The notes: generated by a model not told the origin, from the letters alone. A DNA stretch of 60,495 nucleotides from Candidatus Adlerbacteria bacterium RIFCSPHIGHO2_12_FULL_53_18 (GCA_001775475.1 MEWW01000016.1:1-60495); one strand, 5' to 3'. Shown: positions 1 through 9,851, counted from the first letter of the stretch. Program-made: numbers and translations.

Positions 1-670
<670 letters not shown>

Positions 671-833
671 GTACCCGCATAGGTACAAAAAGAAGCTTGA
701 GAACCGCAATAATCTGTTGTGTCTTTCTTAATTCTATTTTTGTTTTTACCTGCCCATCTACACACCCACAAAAAGACCCACATTGGAAGTGAGCGCGCGA
801 TGGAATTTATTTGTCAAAGGTCGCCATCATTTA

Positions 834-861
834 GAAACAAAAAATCCCGCTCTTCGCGGGA
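834..861 (-). terminator. Intrinsic terminator-like hairpin inside the 23S leader
   Basis: Minus strand TCCCGC-GAAGA-GCGGGA followed by TTTTTTGTTT. Confidence 0.75.
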
Positions 862-886
862 CAACGCGCAAGACAAGCTCGTGCTG

Positions 887-922
887 TTATCGCCGCCTAG
901 TGAATTTCTCGTTTATAAACAT
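887..922 (-). CDS. Putative leader peptide MFINEKFTRRR upstream of 23S rRNA
   Basis: ATG TTT ATA AAC GAG AAA TTC ACT AGG CGG CGA TAA, 12 nt after a consensus -10 box; the 3' end overlaps an antiterminator arm. Confidence 0.5.
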   Translation of the reverse strand: MFINEKFTRRR

Positions 923-934
923 ATGGATACTTTG

Positions 935-963
935 AGTATATAGGAGGGGGTGTGGCATGTCAA
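935..963 (-). promoter_or_regulatory. Sigma70-type promoter of the 23S rRNA unit
   Basis: TTGACA-17 nt-TATACT on the minus strand. Confidence 0.85.
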
Positions 964-989
964 ACCCGAGAGGCCGGGGTCTTTGGTAC

Positions 990-1019
990 GTAAAACCGCC
1001 CTTAATAGGGCGGTTTTAC
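990..1019. terminator. Bidirectional-type terminator after the MscS-like gene
   Basis: GTAAAACCGCCC-TTAATA-GGGCGGTTTTAC perfect inverted repeat. Confidence 0.85.
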
Positions 1020-1040
1020 AGGAATGATACGGAAGTGAAG

Positions 1041-1736
1041 CTAAGCGCGGTTGCCCCGATGCATGTCCTCGCGGGTGCGCTCGATAAAGCGCGCCGCTGC
1101 CTCTTGACCGCCAAGCCCGAATGAGAGGCCGAAGGCGAGCGAGAGTGCGACCACGATACCCATGAAGAGCGTCTGGAAGTACTGCGCCGCAATGCCAAGC
1201 TGGCTAAGTGCCACGATAATGGCAAAGACCCAGATAGACCAGCGAGCAACCGTACCGGCAAAACCGGCCGAGCGGATACCCGCCGCGCGAGCGGCACCCA
1301 CCACGATGTTCTGTACAAGTTCCGCGATAACGGCGCCGACCAGGATTATGAGTACGGCGACGATTACTGTCGGGAGGAAGGACACCACAACCTGCTGCAA
1401 GAAGAGCGTCACCGGTGTAAGCGCCAGCGCCTGCAAAGACGCCATCAAAAACACGATGATAACAAACCACTTGACCAAGGTGCCGAGGAAGGCGCCCGAG
1501 TCGAGGGTGTAACCTGCGCGTGACACTATCTCCTCAACGCCCACGCTTTTGAGCGCATGGTCTACCTTAATTGAGCGTACGGCTTGCGTGACGATTCGGC
1601 CCAGGAGGTTGCCGATGAACCAGCCGACGACAAAAATGATAATGGCGAACAGGAGATTCGGAAGGAAGGCAACGGTGCTTGAGAGCAAGTTCGAGAACGA
1701 CTGCTGAAGCACGTCAGCCCACGTCTGCACGATCAT
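1041..1736 (-). CDS. TM-helix-repeat membrane protein (MscS/CmpX-like)
   Basis: Two repeats of FLPxxxxAxIIxxVG; multiple TM helices; C-terminal AFGLSFGLGG motif. Confidence 0.75.
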   Translation of the reverse strand: MIVQTWADVLQQSFSNLLSSTVAFLPNLLFAIIIFVVGWFIGNLLGRIVTQAVRSIKVDHALKSVGVEEIVSRAGYTLDSGAFLGTLVKWFVIIVFLMASLQALALTPVTLFLQQVVVSFLPTVIVAVLIILVGAVIAELVQNIVVGAARAAGIRSAGFAGTVARWSIWVFAIIVALSQLGIAAQYFQTLFMGIVVALSLAFGLSFGLGGQEAAARFIERTREDMHRGNRA

Positions 1737-1842
1737 ATGAAATTCGTTGGATGAATAATAAACGACCTACTAAAGTTCGACTCCTTAATTGTAACAACAG
1801 GGAAGCCTCCTGTCGCCCTGCGTGTGGATACCCAAAACTCCT

Positions 1843-2421
1843 TTATTTAAGCCCGATGTCGAGTCGGTCGAACACTATTATGTGTGGATAGTCGAACATG
1901 TCGCGCAGGAGGCGGTCGCTCATGTTGAGGCGATAAAAAAAGTCGGGAGTCGACATCCAGGCATAGCGCACCTCCTTCCCTATCTCTGCTTCGAGCATTT
2001 TTATCTTCTTGATGAGCGTTTTCTCTTTGATACGGTCTCCAACCACAAGTAGGTCAAGAGAGCCGTTCCACTCGCCTACAAAAACGCCAGCGACAACAAT
2101 GAGCTTGAGAGCCCCCACTGAGCGCAGGCGCGCGGGCATCTCTGCCCCACGCGCGGGTGCGTTGATCATCAAATTTTGAAGCGCCTCGATGTACGGCGAA
2201 GTTGCCGCAAGGCCGTAGCGCATCATGCCGCGGCGCGGATGGCGCTCGAGGAGCCCGAGGCGTAAAAAGAGACTGATTTCCTGCCGCGCGTCACGAGGCT
2301 TCACTTGCGCACGAATGGCGGCTTCTTCAATCGAGATCAAATGCTGCGGGTTAAATAAAAAAAGGCGCAGGAGCTTGACGCGTGCAGCAGAGCCAAAGAG
2401 TTTTATCAGCGTATCAGTCAT
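1843..2421 (-). CDS. Winged-HTH protein with degenerate nucleotidyltransferase-like C-terminal domain
   Basis: N-terminal LFGSAARVKLLRLF HTH-type start; C-terminal GSLDLLVVGD...LEAEIGKEVRY; start chosen at MTDTL. Confidence 0.6.
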   Translation of the reverse strand: MTDTLIKLFGSAARVKLLRLFLFNPQHLISIEEAAIRAQVKPRDARQEISLFLRLGLLERHPRRGMMRYGLAATSPYIEALQNLMINAPARGAEMPARLRSVGALKLIVVAGVFVGEWNGSLDLLVVGDRIKEKTLIKKIKMLEAEIGKEVRYAWMSTPDFFYRLNMSDRLLRDMFDYPHIIVFDRLDIGLK

Positions 2422-2480
2422 ACAGAGTGTCAGTACTACCCACCTGAGCTTCGTAATTGTATGCGAGAGCGCCCGACAAA

Positions 2481-2508
2481 GCAAAAATCCCCGGCTGGGG
2501 ATTTTTGC
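2481..2508. terminator. Terminator after rplL
   Basis: GCAAAAATCCCC-GGCT-GGGGATTTTTGC. Confidence 0.8.
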
Positions 2509-2528
2509 AACACATTTGTCAACTGGTT

Positions 2529-2954
2529 TTACTTCAACTCAACCTTGCCGCCGGCTGCCTCGACTGCCGCTTTGAGCTTGTCCGCCTCCTCCTTCTTCAA
2601 GCCCTCTTTGAGCATGGCGGGAGCGGCGTCTACCAAGTCCTTAGCCTCTTTGAGGCCAAGGCCCAAGGCGTCCTTGACCGCCTTTATGACCTGCACCTTC
2701 TGCGCCCCTGCGTCGGTCAACTGGACGTTAAACGAGGTCTTTTCCTCGCCCGCACCAGCCCCGGCACCCGGTGCCGCTACGGCGACCGCCGCCGCTGAGA
2801 CGCCCCAGTGACCCTCCAAGGCCTTCACGAGCTCGTGGAGCTCCAAAACCGACATCTTCTCAACCTTCTCAACGATATCTTTGAACTTGGCGGGTACCTC
2901 GGCCCTTGTTCCTTCGGCCGCAACCGGTGCCGCTACTGCTGTTTCGTCTGCCAT
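2529..2954 (-). CDS. rplL: 50S ribosomal protein L7/L12
   Basis: [44 protein letters not shown]. Confidence 0.98.
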   Translation of the reverse strand: MADETAVAAPVAAEGTRAEVPAKFKDIVEKVEKMSVLELHELVKALEGHWGVSAAAVAVAAPGAGAGAGEEKTSFNVQLTDAGAQKVQVIKAVKDALGLGLKEAKDLVDAAPAMLKEGLKKEEADKLKAAVEAAGGKVELK

Positions 2955-2964
2955 ATGTTAATTA

Positions 2965-3483
2965 TTATTCTCCCTTTTCCGCCTTTGCGTTCAATACGAC
3001 CGCAAAGCGCTGTAAGGGGCTGTTAATAAGTTGTACAAACTGCGCGCGAAGCGCGTCCATGCCGGGGATTGCGGAGATCGAGATAATCTCTTCGCGGCCC
3101 ACAAACTTCCCGCCAAACACCCCGCCCACAAACGCGAGGTGCTCGGGGAACTTTTTGACAAAGCTGCCCAGCTCGCGTGCGGGCGCAAGCTCATCCTCTT
3201 TGCCTTGCGAAGCCTCGGCGGAGTAGGGGCCGTAAGCCAACGCAACCTCGCCCTCGAGCTCCGGCATCTGTCCTTCAAAACCAGCGCTTCCAAGCGCTCG
3301 ACGAAGTAAGGACTTCTTGGCTACCGTGTAGCCGATACCCTGCGCGCGAAGGCTTTTGCGCATCTCGTTTTGCTCTGCGACCGTGAGCCCTTTAAAGTTT
3401 GCAAACACAAGCGTCTTGGCCTGCTTTGCAATACCTTCAACCTTTTCTACTATTTCTGCTTTCTTTTGTTTTGTGATTGCCAT
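2965..3483 (-). CDS. rplJ: 50S ribosomal protein L10
   Basis: FKGLTVAEQNEMRKSLR, VAKKSLLRRAL; directly upstream of rplL. Confidence 0.97.
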   Translation of the reverse strand: MAITKQKKAEIVEKVEGIAKQAKTLVFANFKGLTVAEQNEMRKSLRAQGIGYTVAKKSLLRRALGSAGFEGQMPELEGEVALAYGPYSAEASQGKEDELAPARELGSFVKKFPEHLAFVGGVFGGKFVGREEIISISAIPGMDALRAQFVQLINSPLQRFAVVLNAKAEKGE

Positions 3484-3517
3484 ACTTCTTGATGTCGCAA
3501 ATTCCAGTCGGATTTGC

Positions 3518-3615
3518 GAAAAAGAAAAAGGCCCATAATCAGGCCATGGAGTCGACCTCTGCGTAGGAGTTCTTGTATTAACGCCCCTCTGGGCTTCCTA
3601 CGGTCTTCGTGGCTC
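3518..3615 (-). promoter_or_regulatory. L10 leader (autoregulatory RNA) with terminator
   Basis: Minus strand GAAGACCGTAGG...TTAAT...CCTACGCAGAGG core, then GGCCTGATTATGGGCC-TTTTTCTTTTT; upstream of rplJ. Confidence 0.85.
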
Positions 3616-3624
3616 TGTAAGGGA

Positions 3625-3653
3625 AGACTATCGCGGGTGGGCAACGTTGTCAA
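3625..3653 (-). promoter_or_regulatory. rplJL promoter
   Basis: TTGACA-17 nt-TAGTCT. Confidence 0.75.
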
Positions 3654-3727
3654 TGTCTTTAATCCTTATATCTTACTCTCTCACTCCTGTGTACAAATGT
3701 ATAAAGAACAAAATAGTTTTAAAGATG

Positions 3728-4347
3728 CGACCGTCAACTTACGACTATTTTTTATAAGCCAAAGCGGCGCCTAAGAGGAGCATCAAATTCCATTTTGTCT
3801 ACCACCATATACAAAAGATCTTTCCCTACACGCAGGTCGATCTTAAAGTTTATGACGATGTCTTCGCAGTCATAGGGGTACACCTACACACTGTCCTGAA
3901 GTCGTGTGAACCCAAGCTGCAGTAATGTTCTGCGTATTTGAGCACGGGTTCCTCTGCGTCGTTCTGGTATATCAAAGATGAGCACGCGCCACTTACCGTC
4001 CCAGCGACGAGGTTTTTTGGGGGCCAGTTTCCCCTCTCCAATAAATGCCGCGTATGTTTCTCCATTAGGAGTTAGCCGTGCGCGGCCATCTTCGAGCACA
4101 ACATAGCCATGCTCGATAAGTTTAGTCAGGGATTTTTTAACAGCTTGTCTCCGCTGTGGAAGCAGGCCGGTTTTACCGAGAGCACCGAGCACGTTAGGTG
4201 CTAGTATCGCAACCGCAAGCCCGCCACTAACAGCCAGCGTACCAATAATGGCCGAATTAATGCGGGTTCGCCGTACTTTCTTTCGTACAGAGTCTTCAAT
4301 CTTACCCATATCCTTACAATACTACCGTAGTTTTAATTTGACGGTCG
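3728..4347. repeat. 20-bp imperfect inverted repeats (3728-3747 and 4328-4347) flanking the PaaX-like gene
   Basis: CGACCGTCAACTTACGACTA versus reverse complement CGACCGTCAAATTAAAACTA, 17/20 identical. Confidence 0.7.
3752..4309 (-). pseudogene. PaaX-like regulator (wHTH plus Cas2-like central domain) with in-frame TAG at 3884-3886
   Basis: WDGKWRVLIFDIPERRRGTRAQIRRTLLQLGFTRLQDSV*VYPYDCED...LRRRFGL; the frame continues for 43 codons past a TAG that sits where LQxSVW has Trp. Confidence 0.8.
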
Positions 4348-4379
4348 TTTAGTTATGAATATCTCTGATATTTTGGCCA

Positions 4380-4517
4380 CTATTGGGGATGTGCCACGTT
4401 GTCAACGTTAGGTACGCCTAGATTTGACACTACGACAACCACTCCGAAGGCTATCGTCACGATAGCCACAAAGCCGACAAAAAAACGGAAGAAGGTCTTG
4501 GTAAAGTAGCGGTCCAT
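4380..4517 (-). CDS. Small single-TM protein (45 aa)
   Basis: MDRYFTKTFFRFFVGFVAIVTIAFGVVVVV; TATAAT 6 nt before the ATG. Confidence 0.65.
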   Translation of the reverse strand: MDRYFTKTFFRFFVGFVAIVTIAFGVVVVVSNLGVPNVDNVAHPQ

Positions 4518-4524
4518 GACTGAA

Positions 4525-6492
4525 TTATATCTCCTCAAGCCGCATAACGGATATGGTGGATTTTTCCTTCTGCTCCTCAAAGTGTTGCTGCAACCTCTGT
4601 GTGAGAGGAGCGTTTGGATTAAGCTCAACTACCTTCTGCACTCTCTTTAGCGCCCCAGGTATATCCACACTATAGAGGTGGAGCAGCGCGTCTAGCGTGG
4701 GCGTGAGGAGGTTCGTAGGAGAGAGAGGGTACGCTCCAGCGACCACCTCTTTTGCCTCTTCCAATTTATCCTCCTCGCTGAGGATGGTCTCAATAGCGAG
4801 CAAGTGGGCAAAGTTAAGTCGAGCGCGGTAGTGGTCTGGCTCTACTTCTAGATAGCGGCGATACCGGTCTTCATATACTTGTATCTCAGAGAGCACCACC
4901 TCGACTGTCTGCGTAGTTGCTTCCCCATTTGCTATCTGTTCAAGAATCCCCCTAATAAGAGAGGCTGACGTCGAGCGTAACGGCTCAAAACTCGAAAGAC
5001 GAGCGGTGGCGACTTCTGCCAATTGGAGCCGCTTCTCTGTTCTCGGTTCAACAAAGAGTCGATAGAGGGCGTACTGTCGATTGTATTCATTAAAAGACAG
5101 CACCGCACTTACACCCGCCAGCACTACAAGCGCTGCCGCGCCCACTTTGTAGTATGCAGCTGGTATTGAAATAGCAGGTTGAGAGCCGACCATCGAGCGC
5201 TCGAGCCATAGTGTATACCCTCCGATAACCCCGAGCAGCATAAAGGAACCGACGGTATCAAAGGCGGTTTGCAGCTGCAAAAAGTGTGCAAGCGGCAGTG
5301 CGTAGAGAACGACCGCTTCGGTATCCCCCACAACACCACGTCGCCGAGCACGGTACACCGTCCACACAAACACCGCCGCTACCGCAAGGTGGGCGAGTAC
5401 GCCAACAAGTCCCGTAGTGACCAGCGTATCCACTATGACGTTGTGCGCACGATCAAACCAAACCTCGCCGATAAATTCGTCTTCAAAAAGCCTGTTGTTA
5501 AAGTGACCCTGAAATGCTCGCTCAAAATTCTCTGGTCCCCACCCAAAGAGCGGCCGCTCCTTAAACGCCTCGAGGCCGCCCTGCCAGACAAGAATGCGAG
5601 CTCCTGTTGAGGACTCGATATACTGCTCCTGCACCACACTCCCGGGCGTAAAGAGGAGCACCACGCCGCCCAGTACAGCCGCCACAAATATTCCACCCCA
5701 TGTGAACACTGCATACTTTTTATATGCGCCTGCATACTTCTGCAGTAAGAGATACCCTCCAAAAAACATGACCAGCAACACTGCTGTGGCACTCGAGGCC
5801 CGAGCGCTGCCGAGCGGCGCGGCTGCATGTACAAGATCCCCAACGCTAAAAAGTACCGGGGAAAAAAACATGAGAGCTGCGGCACCGATGAGCGAGTACC
5901 AGCTTCGCGTCCATGCAGGAGTTCTTGAAAGCTCAACAAGAGCTACCACGAGGGCAAGGAGGAGATAAGCCCCGGCAAAGGTACTGTTTCCAAAGGTAAG
6001 GCCCGGGACATCGAAGTTGAGCGTTAGTAAGCGCCCCGAGAGGCCGGCACCTTCGGTGCCAAACATGGTTAAAAACCCGAATAACCCGGCCGAGAATACA
6101 ATGGTGCGCCGTATAAGCGACCAATCCCGCGCCGTACAAAACTCACCGAGAAGCAAGGCAAGCACGGCAATATGAGTGAGAAAGAAAACACCACTCGAGC
6201 GTTGGATGTCGGCAAAAACCGACCGTTCAGGAAAGACCCCAAGAAAAGCCGAAAGCCAGTACACTGTAAGCAGTGCCGCAGCCGCCCACAAGAAGGGCCT
6301 TTGTTTGATATTGAATGACTGTTTACCTTGAGCGTATAAAACGGCTGCAATGCCTGCCAAAACAAGCACCGCGCCGACTATAAGAAAATACTTGACGTTT
6401 ATCGCCGCGTGAAAGAGATGCCGCGAAGTGGCAAACGGCACGACGGCAAACAGTAGGGCGGAGATAACGCCAAATACCGTAATTCTGTCCAC
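4525..6492 (-). CDS. O-antigen ligase (Wzy_C)-family membrane protein with TPR-like C-terminus
   Basis: TFGNSTFAGAYL, ARILVWQGGLEAFKERPLFGWGPENF, FDRAHNVIVDTLVTTGLVG; GTG start inferred from an upstream TACAAT. Confidence 0.85.
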   Translation of the reverse strand: MDRITVFGVISALLFAVVPFATSRHLFHAAINVKYFLIVGAVLVLAGIAAVLYAQGKQSFNIKQRPFLWAAAALLTVYWLSAFLGVFPERSVFADIQRSSGVFFLTHIAVLALLLGEFCTARDWSLIRRTIVFSAGLFGFLTMFGTEGAGLSGRLLTLNFDVPGLTFGNSTFAGAYLLLALVVALVELSRTPAWTRSWYSLIGAAALMFFSPVLFSVGDLVHAAAPLGSARASSATAVLLVMFFGGYLLLQKYAGAYKKYAVFTWGGIFVAAVLGGVVLLFTPGSVVQEQYIESSTGARILVWQGGLEAFKERPLFGWGPENFERAFQGHFNNRLFEDEFIGEVWFDRAHNVIVDTLVTTGLVGVLAHLAVAAVFVWTVYRARRRGVVGDTEAVVLYALPLAHFLQLQTAFDTVGSFMLLGVIGGYTLWLERSMVGSQPAISIPAAYYKVGAAALVVLAGVSAVLSFNEYNRQYALYRLFVEPRTEKRLQLAEVATARLSSFEPLRSTSASLIRGILEQIANGEATTQTVEVVLSEIQVYEDRYRRYLEVEPDHYRARLNFAHLLAIETILSEEDKLEEAKEVVAGAYPLSPTNLLTPTLDALLHLYSVDIPGALKRVQKVVELNPNAPLTQRLQQHFEEQKEKSTISVMRLEEI

Positions 6493-6522
6493 CAACAAAT
6501 TGTAGCAAGCGGGTAGGTAAAA

Positions 6523-6550
6523 CAAAAACACCCCCGAAGGGGTGTTTTTG
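6523..6550. terminator. Terminator after the S-layer-like gene
   Basis: CAAAAACACCCC-CGAA-GGGGTGTTTTTG. Confidence 0.85.
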
Positions 6551-6621
6551 TGCGTACCTTGTACAGCGTACGCTACCAGGTTCTTACTCAAGAGACCGCG
6601 CGACTGCTCGTCTTGGCTAAA

Positions 6622-8652
6622 CTAGTTAGCGAAGATCGGGTCAGTGTCGTAGTCGTCGAGGTCGAACTCGTAGAGGCTCATAGTATCGTCGTCCTGAGTC
6701 GTGGAGAAGCCAATACCGACCAGGTGCAGGCTGTGGTAGCCGTCGCTGGCGGTGTCAACCGTGGCGTTAGAGCGGGTAACCGTGAGGGTGATGCGAGCAG
6801 ATTCGCCATCCTCAAAGGTGTACTCGTCTACGCCGTCGTCCGCAACCGTTCCGGACTGGTCAACTTTGGAGACCGCAGTCGAGAGAAGGGTTGTAGTAGC
6901 TGTACCATCAATCTCGTAGCGGAACACTTGGCCGCCGAGGTCAACGTCCGGTACTGACGCACCGCCATCGGCCACGTCAGTAGAGGAGGCCAAGTTGCCC
7001 ACGTATACCGTGCCGTCAAAGGCCGCGATGTCGTAGACAAGCTTGAGGGTTGCGGTATCGTCGTCATTCGTACCATCCGCACCCGCCACGACGCTTTCCT
7101 CAGCCGAGACGAAGGTGGCATTGATACCTACATCGTAGAAGGCAATCGGATCGCCAGTTGCAGTGCCGGTCTTGTCGGTACCGTCGGTAAGTGATTCACC
7201 GGTCTCATCCTCCGCGTCAAGTACGGCGCGGTTAGAGGTAGAGAAGGATGCCGTAAGTGCATCGCCTTCCACAAGGTTAGCGTCAGTGTCGTTGATGTCT
7301 GCCTTGACGATAACGGTCACCTTGTCGCCCTCGTCGATAGTTACATCGACATCGTCGAAGGTAACAGTTGCGCCAGAAGTACCGACAACTGCTGCGGAAC
7401 CAGCTTCTGACCACTCTGTACCGTCAACGTCGATGTAGACAGTGCTTGCAATATGAGCAAGCGTGGTTGCCGTACCACCAGATGAGGTTGCGAAGTTAAT
7501 CGGGATATCGCGGACACGGATATCGCCGCCTTCTGCCTCAAGGGTGAAGCGGAAGAGCTCAACGCCATCTGTGTTGCTGGTGCTGTGGATGTTAACCACA
7601 CCTTTAGGTGTGTCGTCGCTCGAAGCTGCCTTCAACTCAACATCATTTGCAGTTGCAAAGGTGTCGAAGGTGAAGTTGCGGCCAGTGGCATCGTTGATGT
7701 CACCGGTTGCGCTGTCGGTGACAGACGCACCCTGTGCATCGCGGAAGCGCACATTCTCGAACTCAATGTTCCAGACGTCGGTTGCATCAGTCGAGTCAAG
7801 GTTGTTGATACCAGAAACTGCGATAGTAAGGTCGCCTGTTTCGCCGGCTTCAATGATGCCGCCTGCATCGAGTGAAATCGTTCGGTCGAAGTTCTGGTCA
7901 TCGCGGAAGTCACTTGCATCTACGCGAGCAACTTCTTTGCCGTTGACCCAGACAGAAACCTCATCAGCATACTCGTCAAGGTCCTTGGTTCCAACGCCGC
8001 TGCCAGGAGAGAAGTTGAGGTTAACTGCCGTGAGCTCAATGTCAGAGCCGCTGTCAGCCTCGAGGTCGAGACCAGCGACTTCTACATCTTCTGCGCCCTC
8101 GCCAACTTGCTCATTGTTGAGGCCAGAGACGTAGTCAGCGTCGTTGATAGAGCCTGCGCCGCCCTGAAGAGTGGTCGGAGTGCTCGGTGTACCCGGAGTA
8201 CCCGGAGTACCAGGGGCTGCTGAAGTAGCCCATGCCTGCTGCGAGATAGGGCCAAAGTAGCCTACTGGCGGAACAATATTCTTAGAGGCCTGCCATGCTG
8301 CTACTGCTGCCCGAGTCTGGGTACCGAAGTAGCCAGTCGCACCTGCGGGGATCGAGAAACCCATGGAGATGAGGTTCTCTTGGAGGCAAGTTACTTGCGG
8401 GCCAGTTGCACCTATCGTCAAAGGACCGGTGAAGGTGCAGAGGCTTGTAGTAGAGCTGCCACCTGATACCAGTGCCTGAATTGCTGCCGCCTGAGAGCCG
8501 GTCAACCCAAGGACCTGGATGATGGTCGTAGCCTCAGCTTGGGTAAGCGCGTATGCCGGAGCCACAAAGCCGCCGAAGGCGACTGCGAGCACCAAACCTG
8601 CGCCAACCGCCAAAGCGACGATCCGGGAACTTTTTGTAATGCTAATAGTCAT
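6622..8652 (-). CDS. Secreted surface (S-layer-like) protein with peptidoglycan-binding domain
   Basis: Signal peptide ending APAYA; LTIGATGPQVTCLQENL...GYFGTQTRAAVAAWQ PG-binding motif; PGT linker; long acidic T/D-rich beta region. Confidence 0.8.
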   Translation of the reverse strand: MTISITKSSRIVALAVGAGLVLAVAFGGFVAPAYALTQAEATTIIQVLGLTGSQAAAIQALVSGGSSTTSLCTFTGPLTIGATGPQVTCLQENLISMGFSIPAGATGYFGTQTRAAVAAWQASKNIVPPVGYFGPISQQAWATSAAPGTPGTPGTPSTPTTLQGGAGSINDADYVSGLNNEQVGEGAEDVEVAGLDLEADSGSDIELTAVNLNFSPGSGVGTKDLDEYADEVSVWVNGKEVARVDASDFRDDQNFDRTISLDAGGIIEAGETGDLTIAVSGINNLDSTDATDVWNIEFENVRFRDAQGASVTDSATGDINDATGRNFTFDTFATANDVELKAASSDDTPKGVVNIHSTSNTDGVELFRFTLEAEGGDIRVRDIPINFATSSGGTATTLAHIASTVYIDVDGTEWSEAGSAAVVGTSGATVTFDDVDVTIDEGDKVTVIVKADINDTDANLVEGDALTASFSTSNRAVLDAEDETGESLTDGTDKTGTATGDPIAFYDVGINATFVSAEESVVAGADGTNDDDTATLKLVYDIAAFDGTVYVGNLASSTDVADGGASVPDVDLGGQVFRYEIDGTATTTLLSTAVSKVDQSGTVADDGVDEYTFEDGESARITLTVTRSNATVDTASDGYHSLHLVGIGFSTTQDDDTMSLYEFDLDDYDTDPIFAN

Positions 8653-8997
8653 ACACAATAATTACTTTTAAACCTAAACTTGTAATCGCACCAAGTATGT
8701 CTACCTGCTCTCCCCATCCTTAGCCCTGTTGCCCCTTTATAAAAGGAGCGGACGAAATTACGGAGAGAACGTTGGTAGTAAGAGGGGATTAGGAGTGTCA
8801 GCGTTTGCAGCCGTGGTGGGACAAGGTCGTACTGCCAGTTTATTTGGTGAACCTGCTTATCTATCTAGTAGACGCCTTAAATGCCGCGCACTTACAGGCG
8901 TTCTTCATGCTCTATGTTGTATTAAATTGTCAATGAGCACTCAGTAAACAAACCCTGCGTCAACCCCGTGCAAGGCACGAGGCAGTCGCTAGCCACT

Positions 8998-9027
8998 ATT
9001 ATAGGCCCCATTTGCAAGAGCTGGCAA
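8998..9027 (-). promoter_or_regulatory. Promoter for the surface-protein gene (about 340-nt leader)
   Basis: TTGCCA-18 nt-TATAAT; a second candidate TTGACC-17 nt-TAGGTT lies near 9096-9124. Confidence 0.6.
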
Positions 9028-9134
9028 AAAGGCCTGTGGACAAGCAACTAAGAGCCCTTTTCTGGGCTTTTACCTTTGTTCTGCCGCACAAGGCTAACCT
9101 ATCGCAGGTAGGGGGGTTGGTCAATGTCCCCCAG

Positions 9135-9851
9135 CTAGAGCGCGCGGTAGACGCTCCAGCGACGTTCACCTTCCCGCCTGATGACCCCCTGCTCTATAAG
9201 AGTATTAAGCTCGCGCTGGATGGTCTTCTCACTATAACCCTGCACCACCTTTGCTATGTCTTTAATGGAGACCCCGTTACTTTTCCTCACATAATCCAGA
9301 ATAAGGAGGGCCCTATTTTGTCCTTTAGAACTCTCAGAGTCCTTTTGTGTCTTATGTCCTTTAGAAATGTCCTTTAGACCTGCGGGGGCGCTCGCAAGGC
9401 TAAGAGGAGAGGGGAGTGGGGTAAATAATGGCTCGTCCTCTAGTGCCGGTACCGCAAGATCCTGTGGAGAAACACTAAGGCCCAGGTGTCTACTGTCGCC
9501 GACTAACCTATCGACTAACGCCTCATATTCTTCTACCAAAACCCTTGCGGTTTCTTTACTTATGTATCCCCGTGTGGCATGCAAGCGGAGGGTGGAAATA
9601 ATGGAAAAAAGGTCGGCAAGAAGCGTCTCTTCAACTATCTCCCCCGCCGATGCGTAGATAACATCCTGCATGACTTGCACTGCAAAATTAGCGGTTCCTT
9701 TTAGGGCTTCGGCTGAGTCAGAGACACTCCTCGCGGCGAGCACTGCCAGAACGTGAGCAAGTTTCTCAGTCTTGAGATAGCAGAAGTACCAGTTGCTGCG
9801 TCCTTTAAAAAGCTTTGAATGAAAGGCTATTTTCGTAAAATCCCTTTTCAT
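9135..9851 (-). CDS. Protein with C-terminal DeoR-like winged HTH
   Basis: NRALLILDYVRKSNGVSIKDIAKVVQGYSEKTIQRELNTLIEQGVIRREGERRWSVY. Confidence 0.8.
   Translation of the reverse strand: MKRDFTKIAFHSKLFKGRSNWYFCYLKTEKLAHVLAVLAARSVSDSAEALKGTANFAVQVMQDVIYASAGEIVEETLLADLFSIISTLRLHATRGYISKETARVLVEEYEALVDRLVGDSRHLGLSVSPQDLAVPALEDEPLFTPLPSPLSLASAPAGLKDISKGHKTQKDSESSKGQNRALLILDYVRKSNGVSIKDIAKVVQGYSEKTIQRELNTLIEQGVIRREGERRWSVYRAL

Noticed and set aside
1843..2421. MNT-HEPN toxin-antitoxin pair
   Set aside because: The nucleotidyltransferase motif is degenerate and there is no adjacent HEPN gene.
3884..3886. Genome-wide TAG recoding
   Set aside because: TAG ends many intact genes here, and TGA is also used as a stop; only one internal case was seen.
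3752..4309. Possible CRISPR cas2 locus
   Set aside because: No repeat-spacer array or other cas genes; the N-terminal helix/wHTH and WDGKW motif fit PaaX-like regulators.
8178..8215. 9-bp tandem repeat
   Set aside because: Encodes an ordinary PGT linker in the surface protein.
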